Source: an uncultured Verrucomicrobiota bacterium (GTDB taxonomy: Bacteria; Verrucomicrobiota; Verrucomicrobiia; Limisphaerales; UBA1100). Taken from it: a stretch of 57,236 bases of DNA. Shown here piece after piece: positions 36,158-44,626 of this stretch; positions within the stretch are counted from its first letter, which is position 1, and each line of letters opens with the position of its first letter. The notes under the pieces are model-generated. The model made no database searches and was not told where the DNA came from. It worked only from the letters and a program-made list of their open reading frames with translations. The translations under genes were made by a program, and so were the position numbers. Location: contig CAZTTU010000004.1 of NCBI GenBank assembly GCA_964616045.1, forward strand, positions 1 through 57,236. Reading direction: 5' to 3'.

Positions 36158-39100
36158 ATGGATGTGCAAAATCCAATTCCGGACAGGGAATTTGAGGAAT
36201 ATGCCCCCCCGGCTATCGCGCTCGGCAAGCCGTCTGAATGGTTTACCTCTGGAAATTTCTGTGGCTCGGCCCGCTCCCCGGACGTTGAGGGCTGGCAGTC
36301 CTCCGCCGCACTCGGCTTGATTGGTAATGCCCCCCTCGCCATCGCCGGACTGGAAAAAACCGATTCGCCCGAGGCCCGGTTTTACCTAGGGGCGGCACTG
36401 TGGATTGAGGGCAACGAAACCGAAGCAACCGATGTGCTGGCGCGAGTGAATCTACCCGAGGCACGGCGGCTGTTGGCGTTGATACAAAAACCTCGTATTA
36501 ACGTTCTCGCCCAGACGGTTTGGGAAGACGCGGCGTTTGAAGATGAAAAATTTCATGTACACCGCACCGGCATCAAGCGTACACGGCTCAATGAGGAGAC
36601 TGTGCTCGAAGCGGACAACCGCGTTCTGGATGAACCGTTCCTAAGCATACGCAAGGGTTTGGATTTCAAGCCTGACTTTTATTTTGCCCACATGATTGAG
36701 TGGCAATACCTACCCTATGATCTAACTGAACTTAGCTGCCCCACTTTTGGCGCAACCTCTGACTTGGACCTGCACATCCAAAATAATGCACCGTGGCTTT
36801 CGGCGTTTGATGAGGTAATCACCGTGGGGCCCGAGGAATGGGCAAAAGCGCGCGCCTTGCGGCCGGGCCCTACCTGCATATTTCCAAAGCTCTTCGGCAT
36901 CAACCTGGATCATCAATTGAAACTGGATGACCGCAAGCGTGACGTGGATGTTTTCATCTCGGGCACCATGATCAGCCCCTATCACCCGGACAAGGCGCAG
37001 TTGCTCCAGCAGTTGCTCAGTGATGGGTCGCTGAACATTCGATACATGAACGGGTTTCTGCCACCCTGGAGTTATGTGTCTGAGATGATGCGCTCAAAGG
37101 TGTCCTTCACCTACGTGCGCCATCCGGGAAGTATGCCTTCGCGCGGGGTGGAAGCGTTGGCGGCCGGCTGCGCGGTGCTCACGCAGACAGGCAGTGCGTT
37201 GGGGTTGTATGTAGCCGAAAATGAGGGCGTGTTTACTTACGAACCTAATCAACTGGCCGGACGCATCCGGGAGTTGGCCGGCAACTGGGACACCATTGCC
37301 CCTCAAGCACGACGAGGCGCGGAAATTATGCGCAGGGAATTTACTGGCAGTAGATGCATTTCGCAGTTCCTGCGATTTCTCACTGTGCGCACCGCGATCA
37401 CGGGAAAGAACCGGCCTCGCGTGGCTCCACCCGTTCCGCACCAGAAACGGGTGATCACCAAGCGTGGTTGGTTGTACCCGGGCACGGTGAATTATTGCCT
37501 GTTGAACCACACGATGGAGGAATCCCGGCAGCGCGAGGCAAAGCAACCACAGTCGCATCATTCAATCGATGCAGCACGCGAACTGGATTTGTACCTGGCC
37601 TGCGATTTGCCACAAGTGAGCAAAAAAATTCATGGTTATCAAAATATGACCCAAGATGCGAAGCGAGCGGGCGACGGCGCCGCAGTTAAAAAATTGGCTG
37701 ATGAAATGCGGGCAAACGCCAAGCGCATTTACGAGCATGGGATCAGAAAACATCCTAACTCACTGGTGCTTCGGTTCAACAGCATCCGGCACGATCTGCA
37801 TTTGGGATCACCGGGACAGGTGGCCGAGGCGCTGGACCAGATTCAGGTCATTCTGGATCAATCTACATTGCACGGCACCATCGATCCGCAAGAGGATATC
37901 ATGCCATGGGATTATTTTGGATCACTGTTCAATTACCGAGGTTACCTCGACACACTAACAGTGGGCTTGACCTCGGGCACAGTAGATACGGAGAAACTGG
38001 CTCAAATGATCCTCGCTTCACTTGCGCATTATCTGGGGCAATACACCGCGCAGGTGGCCCCGCTGGAACGAGCGGTACGATGGGACCCGGAATTTGGGCA
38101 TTACCACTTTTCGTTGGCGCGCGCACTACTGCTGCGCAATGAACCAGGCGATGACCGACGAGCTGGAACGCTGCTAGAGGGATTATTTGAAAAGGGCATT
38201 TTGATCGAGCCGACCTTTCGTTTGTTGGCCAAACTCCGTGAATACCGAGGGGTGGAAGTGGCGAAGTGGGAAGATTATGAGCAGCGCTTTAGGCGACTGC
38301 AGCGAATGATCTTTGCCTCCGGCCAGGCCTATGAGCAGTTTGAAGATGACACGTTGATCCTGCCCCCAGATGTGAAAAATCTGCCGCTTTTGGCTGATCC
38401 TTTTGTCGATAAAAATCTGCCGATGGCGGGAACTGAGTCTTCAACCCATTTGGCGAGTCCTGCGGGGCGGCGTGACACACCAAAAAAAGTGCTACTCATC
38501 TCCTTTGAGTGCGGCAACTGGGAAAATGCGAAGGCGTGGTCATACAACGGATTTTATGCGCTGGAGGAGGCGCTGGGAGCGCAAGGCGTAAGACATCTCA
38601 CTCTGCCAACAATCGCGGGAATGCCCTCCAGTCATCGCGGTTCTTGGCTGCGGCAGGCCGAACTATTCACCAAGGGCGAAAAATTTGACCAAGCATGGAT
38701 TTGGGTCACTCACAACGACTACGAGCCGGAGTTTTTGAATTGGTTCGAAAAAATCGCGCCTGTGCGGGTTGGTCTGATTATGGAATCGCTGGAGCACACG
38801 GCGGAGGAATCAAAGCGCTTTCCAAACCTTGCCGTACGCCGTAAAAAAGTGCTGGATCACTTGAGGCACTGCACCCATGCGCTAACGTTTGATGAAAAGG
38901 ATGCGGAAACTCTACCGATAGACTTACCCATACATGCGTTGTGGTGCCCGCCGGTGGTTGGCTGGCGCGATGTTTGCGCGCAAATCGATCTGCCCGCACC
39001 CGGACCGGCCTGTTTCCAAGGCACCCTGTATAACCCGGAGCGACAAGCGTTTTTTGAGTTGGCTGAATTGCGTAAATTATTGCACCAGCCCGAATTGCCC

Positions 39101-42100
39101 GAAGCAACTTCGGAATTGCCTTCAGATTTTGACAAGACACAGGCTCTCTCCATCAAGCAATTGATGCGGTACGACGTGGCCGCGTTGGAGTGGCTAGATG
39201 AATACCTCACGCAACTGCGGCGCATTCGGCGGCAGCTGAATGACTTATGGCAAAAAGGGCTCCGCCAGAGTTACTTGCAAGTAAATCTGCCATCCATTTT
39301 TAAATCCTATGCTGGACGCGTGGTGGAAAGTATGGCTGCGGGCAGACCAATCATTTCTTGGGAACCTCCTAGAGAACGAACACGGGCATTATTCACTCCT
39401 GGCAAGGAAATCCTTTGGTTCAATCGTGACAAGCCGGAGCAGTTGGCCGAACAAATACAATGGCTACAAAAAAACCCACACAAAGCTGCTGCAATCGCTG
39501 AAAACGCTCGAGCCAAGGTTCTGCGTTATCACACCGCTGAAATCCGTGTAAGGCAAATCTTGGACTGGATAGAACACGGATTGGAGCCAGATTTTGGAGA
39601 AAATATAAATTCATCGACTGAAACAGAACAAACCGAATTGGATATGAATACAAACACCCTACCACCGGAAACCCTTGAAGAGGCTTTAGACCAGGCTGAA
39701 GTTTGTAACAACCACGAGGATCACGAGGGAGCCGTCCAGGCGTTGGAAAACGCTCTCGAACTCGGAGACCGCCACCCTGTAATCCTGCGCGCCTTGGCCA
39801 CTCAACAGTTTCTCCAATCCCGTTACGACAAGGCCCGAGTACTGTTCAAGGAGTTTACTACCGTCTGCCCGGATGATGCAACGGGCCATGTACAGTACGG
39901 ATTGGCCGCCTTTCACGACAAAGACGAGGAAATGTGCATCTCTGCCTTACAACAAGCCCTTGTTCTGGAACCGGATCACCTTGAGGCACTCAAATTATTG
40001 GCCGATTTAGATGTGCGTGCCGAACACTACGCCGAGGCGAGGCGTAAATATGATCAAGTCGCCGAACAAGGCGGAATTACAGCAGAAGCCTTACAGGCTT
40101 TGGCATTTTGTCAGTTCAAAACTGGAGATATAGAACGCTCCCAAGATACATACAAACAGTTGCTGGCCTTCAATCCCAAGGATGAGTTGGCTACTCACAA
40201 CTTGAGTGTTGTCGAAGCCACTTTGCGGGACAACCCACCTGCTTCCACCAAAATGACATCCAATTTGGAAACAGAATCCGTGAATGAGTTCCTGGAGCAG
40301 GCTGATTTCTTTCAACAAGCCGGCAACTCGGAAGCGGCTTTGGCTGAACTGCAACGGGCGGTGGAGCTAGAGCCCAAGAATCCACGGCTAATTGAGGCCT
40401 TGGGATCAGCACTGTTTCAACAGGAACGATTTGAGGAAGCACGCAGTCACTTCCGCCACTTCATTGAGTTACAACCCCGCAATGCCATGGCGTACACCCG
40501 CTTGGCGATGACCAGCTACGCCACAGATCGTTATGATGAATTTGAATGTGCCTTGGGACTGGCCATGGAAATTGATCCGGAATCGCCGGAAATGCTCCAT
40601 TTCATGGGAAAGGTGAACCTGGATCAACAGCGTCACTACGATGCCGGGCGGATCTTTGGTAAACTGGTGGAACTGGAACCCGAGAATGTACAAAATCTGT
40701 TGGCTCTGGGCATGTGCCTCCATCAGGGCGGCCAAACGGAAGCCGCGCAGGATACTTACAAGCGCACCCTGCAGCTGGATCCTGAAAATCAAATTGCCCA
40801 AACCAATCTCATTGCGATCGAACAGAATGCCTTACCTGCCGAGACGAAAACCGATATTCATGAGTCAACAACTCAATCACAATCGCTGGACACCTCGTTG
40901 GAGAAAGCACAAGCGGCCTTGGAACAGGGCGAATCGCAACGCGCGATAGCGTTATTGGAAAACGTGCTGGCGCAGCACCCCAGTGAAGTAGCCTTACTCA
41001 GGGCTTTGGGGAACTTGTACTTCAGTGAGGGGCAGCTGAAGGAATCGATGGAATACTTCCACCGAATCTCCGATTTGCTACCCGGGGAAATCGACGCACA
41101 ATTGCAGGCAGCCACTACGGCGTTGCTCGCCGAAAATTACGAAACCTTTGAAATCTATATGGAACGCTCCCTCGAGTTGGAGCCGGAAAATCCGCATGGG
41201 TTAAAGCTGTTGGCAACAGCGAATTTCAAGGCACAAAAATACAAGGAGGCCGCTGATCTTTATTGCCAAGCTTTAACCGGCTTGACGGAGGATATCGAGA
41301 TCGTTCTCGCGCTGGGCGTTTGTTTTCACAATCTGGAAGATAAGGACACTGCTGAATCATGCTTCAAACGAGCCTTGGAGATTGATCCGTATAACCCCGT
41401 GGCCGCCGAAAACTTAAAGTCACTCGCAAACACAACCGCTCCCCCTGAGACGACAATCCAATCGAACAGTCATATCAGCGCCACCGTGCTGAATGATATC
41501 TGCAGCCATGTCCAAAATAAAGCAACCGATGAATCTGCAAATTTGCCCACCGCAGCATTGGTTGGAAATCTGGATCACGCGCAGGAACTGCTTAGCCAGG
41601 GGCTGCATATCGAATCCTGGAATGAAACCCTTAAAGCAATCGAACAACGCCCTTTCCATCCGGAGGCTTACTTGCACCTAGCCGAAGTGGCATTGGATTG
41701 CGATGACACGCTTCAGGCAGCGAAATGTTTAGTAACAATAAGCTCTCTCACCCCAAGTTGGGAGATTCCAAAGCAAGCCCTCGATACGATCAACAAACAG
41801 CCCCACACGCAATCAACTGAAATCAATTGGCCCACATTACCCCAGCCCGCAGCAAGTCCGCGCCTGAGTGTTTGCTTCATTACCAAGGACGAAGAGCGAT
41901 TCCTAGACGACGCTCTGCAATCTGTAAGAAACATTGCCCATCAAATCGTTGTGGTAGATACCGGTTCCACTGATCATACGGTGGCAATTGCTGAAAAACA
42001 TGGCGCTGAAGTCCATCACTTTGAATGGTGCGATGATTTCTCAGCTGCACGAAACTTTGCACTGGAACACGCCCGAGGAGACTGGGTGCTCGTGCTGGAC

Positions 42101-43480
42101 GCCGATGAAATTCTGCCCACTGATGAAATCGAGCACCTTCGTGCGGATTTGACCCAAGCCAATTATCTCGGCTTTCGACTCCCACTAGTAAATAAGATTC
42201 TAGCCAAAAATGACGAGGAGGAAACTGCCGACGGCATTTGCTACGTGCCGAGGCTGTTTCGTAATGCCCCTGGCCTGCATTTCGTGGGCCGCGTGCATGA
42301 GCAGATATATTGCTCCGTGCTAGTGCGTCAGGCCGATTGGCAAATGGACTCAGGCATTGGCACCACCTGCCTGCATCACTTTGGCTACACGCCGGAAGTG
42401 AAGAAGGAACGTAACAAGGTGAAGCGCAACCTGAAGCTCCTAGAGATGGCCGTTGAAGAACAGCCAGCAGAACCTGCACTCCTGATGAATTACGCGCTGG
42501 ACTTGTTCAATGATGGCCAGTTTGAGGCGGCGCTCGAAAAAGACCGCGAGGCTTTCACCCTGCTTTCCAAACACAAGCGGGGAAACGTCCTGCCGGAGGT
42601 GCGGGAACGACTAGTCAGCGTGTACTGCTACCATTTGCTGCAAGCAGAGCTTTACGATGAGCTAATGAAGGTCGCGGCCAGCCCGATGGCTGTTGACTGC
42701 GGCCCGACCTCATCAATTCATTACGTGCACGGTTTGGCATTGTTGAAGCTGGATCGATTTGAGGAGGCGATTGAGCCTTTCCGTGACTGTATTGCAAAAC
42801 GGGATGAACCCACTTTTACTGCACGCTTCAAGGGCGTGGAAGGGCACGGACCACATCATTTGCTGGCCGATTGTTTGGCAAAATCCGGCCAATCCGAGAC
42901 GGCCATCGCAGAGTACAAACTCGCTCTGAACATTGCCCCGAAAGCCACTAGCGTTCGCCATGGTTACGCCCATTACTTGACAGAACTAGGGCAACCGGAA
43001 AAGGCGGTGAAACTCCTGTTCGACGCTATTGAAAACGAGTCCATTGACGCACGCCTCTGGTCGCTCGGCTGTCATATTGTCAATGGTCACTTGAACGATT
43101 CCGATGTTGCCCTTCACTGGACCGATTGCGCCATTGACGAATTCCCGGAACACCCCGAGATACGTAAGCAACGTGGCATCGCGCTGCTTACTGTGGGAAA
43201 TTTCAAGGACGCACTGACATTTTTCGAAAAGGCCCCGCAACATCCGCTGAATGAGGGCGCTCGAATCCTGTGTCGAATTGCCACCGGACAAACAGCACAG
43301 CTCAGTGATCCTGACAAAGAACAACTTATCAGCACCGCTTTTATGGAATGGTACCGCCGCCTGCTAGAGCGAGGACAGGGAGAATCAGCAAAACGATTGG
43401 CTAAAAATATTGACACCCTAGAAGCCGTACTGCCCACGGCAGTCACGATGTTGCGCGAAGCGGTGTCGGCCGAAAATTAA
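36158..43480 (+). CDS. ~2,440-aa multidomain protein: two GT-B (GT1/GT4, CgeB-like) domains + long TPR array + GT2 domain + C-terminal TPR array
   Basis: GT-B C-terminal motifs are SRGVEALAAGCAVLT (~37150) and GRVVESMAAGRPIISWEP...ENARAKVLRYHT (~39310-39540). About 700 aa of TPR-like repeats (39650-41400) include e.g. AEALQALAFCQFKTGDIERSQDTYKQLLAFNPKD. GT2: LSVCFITKDEERFLDDALQSV...VVVDTGSTDHTV...FSAARNFALEHARGDWVLVLDADE (41860-42480). More TPR follows to the end. The start is uncertain (TTG 36140, ATG 36158 or GTG 36164). Confidence 0.8.
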   Translation: MDVQNPIPDREFEEYAPPAIALGKPSEWFTSGNFCGSARSPDVEGWQSSAALGLIGNAPLAIAGLEKTDSPEARFYLGAALWIEGNETEATDVLARVNLPEARRLLALIQKPRINVLAQTVWEDAAFEDEKFHVHRTGIKRTRLNEETVLEADNRVLDEPFLSIRKGLDFKPDFYFAHMIEWQYLPYDLTELSCPTFGATSDLDLHIQNNAPWLSAFDEVITVGPEEWAKARALRPGPTCIFPKLFGINLDHQLKLDDRKRDVDVFISGTMISPYHPDKAQLLQQLLSDGSLNIRYMNGFLPPWSYVSEMMRSKVSFTYVRHPGSMPSRGVEALAAGCAVLTQTGSALGLYVAENEGVFTYEPNQLAGRIRELAGNWDTIAPQARRGAEIMRREFTGSRCISQFLRFLTVRTAITGKNRPRVAPPVPHQKRVITKRGWLYPGTVNYCLLNHTMEESRQREAKQPQSHHSIDAARELDLYLACDLPQVSKKIHGYQNMTQDAKRAGDGAAVKKLADEMRANAKRIYEHGIRKHPNSLVLRFNSIRHDLHLGSPGQVAEALDQIQVILDQSTLHGTIDPQEDIMPWDYFGSLFNYRGYLDTLTVGLTSGTVDTEKLAQMILASLAHYLGQYTAQVAPLERAVRWDPEFGHYHFSLARALLLRNEPGDDRRAGTLLEGLFEKGILIEPTFRLLAKLREYRGVEVAKWEDYEQRFRRLQRMIFASGQAYEQFEDDTLILPPDVKNLPLLADPFVDKNLPMAGTESSTHLASPAGRRDTPKKVLLISFECGNWENAKAWSYNGFYALEEALGAQGVRHLTLPTIAGMPSSHRGSWLRQAELFTKGEKFDQAWIWVTHNDYEPEFLNWFEKIAPVRVGLIMESLEHTAEESKRFPNLAVRRKKVLDHLRHCTHALTFDEKDAETLPIDLPIHALWCPPVVGWRDVCAQIDLPAPGPACFQGTLYNPERQAFFELAELRKLLHQPELPEATSELPSDFDKTQALSIKQLMRYDVAALEWLDEYLTQLRRIRRQLNDLWQKGLRQSYLQVNLPSIFKSYAGRVVESMAAGRPIISWEPPRERTRALFTPGKEILWFNRDKPEQLAEQIQWLQKNPHKAAAIAENARAKVLRYHTAEIRVRQILDWIEHGLEPDFGENINSSTETEQTELDMNTNTLPPETLEEALDQAEVCNNHEDHEGAVQALENALELGDRHPVILRALATQQFLQSRYDKARVLFKEFTTVCPDDATGHVQYGLAAFHDKDEEMCISALQQALVLEPDHLEALKLLADLDVRAEHYAEARRKYDQVAEQGGITAEALQALAFCQFKTGDIERSQDTYKQLLAFNPKDELATHNLSVVEATLRDNPPASTKMTSNLETESVNEFLEQADFFQQAGNSEAALAELQRAVELEPKNPRLIEALGSALFQQERFEEARSHFRHFIELQPRNAMAYTRLAMTSYATDRYDEFECALGLAMEIDPESPEMLHFMGKVNLDQQRHYDAGRIFGKLVELEPENVQNLLALGMCLHQGGQTEAAQDTYKRTLQLDPENQIAQTNLIAIEQNALPAETKTDIHESTTQSQSLDTSLEKAQAALEQGESQRAIALLENVLAQHPSEVALLRALGNLYFSEGQLKESMEYFHRISDLLPGEIDAQLQAATTALLAENYETFEIYMERSLELEPENPHGLKLLATANFKAQKYKEAADLYCQALTGLTEDIEIVLALGVCFHNLEDKDTAESCFKRALEIDPYNPVAAENLKSLANTTAPPETTIQSNSHISATVLNDICSHVQNKATDESANLPTAALVGNLDHAQELLSQGLHIESWNETLKAIEQRPFHPEAYLHLAEVALDCDDTLQAAKCLVTISSLTPSWEIPKQALDTINKQPHTQSTEINWPTLPQPAASPRLSVCFITKDEERFLDDALQSVRNIAHQIVVVDTGSTDHTVAIAEKHGAEVHHFEWCDDFSAARNFALEHARGDWVLVLDADEILPTDEIEHLRADLTQANYLGFRLPLVNKILAKNDEEETADGICYVPRLFRNAPGLHFVGRVHEQIYCSVLVRQADWQMDSGIGTTCLHHFGYTPEVKKERNKVKRNLKLLEMAVEEQPAEPALLMNYALDLFNDGQFEAALEKDREAFTLLSKHKRGNVLPEVRERLVSVYCYHLLQAELYDELMKVAASPMAVDCGPTSSIHYVHGLALLKLDRFEEAIEPFRDCIAKRDEPTFTARFKGVEGHGPHHLLADCLAKSGQSETAIAEYKLALNIAPKATSVRHGYAHYLTELGQPEKAVKLLFDAIENESIDARLWSLGCHIVNGHLNDSDVALHWTDCAIDEFPEHPEIRKQRGIALLTVGNFKDALTFFEKAPQHPLNEGARILCRIATGQTAQLSDPDKEQLISTAFMEWYRRLLERGQGESAKRLAKNIDTLEAVLPTAVTMLREAVSAEN

Positions 43481-43491
43481 GCACGTATTTA

Positions 43492-44532
43492 TTATTCGGC
43501 TTTGCCTTGAAACTGGCTCTCGCCTGAACCGGTCGCGGTGATACCGGTCGCGTTTTGCACTTCAAAGGTCCAGGAACGCTTCTCGGAATTAAGGAGCCGT
43601 TCACGAAGCTCGATGACCAGTCCCGGCCGTATACAGTGCCAGGTAATCAACTGCTTGGCGGCATCCCAGTAGCCCGTGAAATGGTCGACCGGACCGTCTT
43701 GAAAAAAATAAGCCCACCTATACACTCCGTCCACTGTATCCCACGTCTTCACCCACATAAAATATTCCGTACTGCCCTCAGGATCTACAACACCTTCGTT
43801 GATAAGAAATTTCCCGCCGCGCGACCAACGCATACGACTCAATAATTCCAGATTCTTGGTGCTTCCTCCCTCAGAAACCGTTTGTGTCTCTTTCCAAATT
43901 CCGCCTCGACCCAGTCTTTCGAGTTCTTTGCCCAATGGCATAGGATCTACCGTCGGTCGGGTATGCGGACCAGTGCGCTTGGCCTCGGATCGACCGTCCA
44001 CACTAACTCTTCCTTTTTCAGTAATTTGGAAGTGGAGTTGCTTTGCTCTCGGATCAGTGAAAATTTCAGTGATTCGAAAATCCAGTCCCTCCGGGGCACT
44101 GGGAAGATAAATCGGTTTCCATTCCATGAACGCTTGTTTCGGATACCATCGACCCGCAAAACCGCGCACCAAGCCATCATTCTGGAACCAGGTACTTCGA
44201 AAACGATTGGTGCTGGCGCCACTGTCGAAATGTTTTACCACCAACTCATGTGCCTTTTGTTCGCCAACATTAATCTCGGTCTCCAACAAAAGACAATGCC
44301 CGTTGAGAGCCCAGCTAGCGTACATCGTCGCGGAGTTGTGATTTGTCTGGCCATCAGGCCCGATCACCGTGTTTTGCACCTGCCATAACCCCGGTTCTTC
44401 CAGAACCCTCAACTCGGCCCTAGCTGACTTTGTTGCATCCAAGGGTGACTGGGCCGGCATCTCGGCAACTGGAGATTTGCCACATCCCCATGCCATTACC
44501 AGCATCGTGATCAATAGCCAACGCATCCCCAA
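43492..44532 (-). CDS. secreted/lipoprotein-like hypothetical protein with an internal two-domain duplication
   Basis: Signal peptide MGMRWLLITMLVMAWGCGKS. There are two similar ~140-aa halves: (E)PGLWQVQNTV...TWFQNDGLVRGFAGRWYPK and GGIWKETQTV...AYFFQDGPVDHFTGYWDAA. Confidence 0.6.
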   Translation of the reverse strand: MGMRWLLITMLVMAWGCGKSPVAEMPAQSPLDATKSARAELRVLEEPGLWQVQNTVIGPDGQTNHNSATMYASWALNGHCLLLETEINVGEQKAHELVVKHFDSGASTNRFRSTWFQNDGLVRGFAGRWYPKQAFMEWKPIYLPSAPEGLDFRITEIFTDPRAKQLHFQITEKGRVSVDGRSEAKRTGPHTRPTVDPMPLGKELERLGRGGIWKETQTVSEGGSTKNLELLSRMRWSRGGKFLINEGVVDPEGSTEYFMWVKTWDTVDGVYRWAYFFQDGPVDHFTGYWDAAKQLITWHCIRPGLVIELRERLLNSEKRSWTFEVQNATGITATGSGESQFQGKAE

Positions 44533-44626
44533 AGTCTACCATCTCATTGGCTATGGGAAAGCCGTATGACACTTTTTTGTCAAAAAAAGCTGGCTGAAAA
44601 ATAATACTCATGTCCATACTCTCCCC

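Noticed and set aside
36715-43446. Numerous 60-199-aa alternative-frame and antisense ORFs inside the 2,446-aa gene (e.g. 37094-37561, 41880-42479).
   Set aside because: They are nested in a long ORF with clear GT and TPR motifs. Their translations are Arg/Pro/Ser-rich and featureless.
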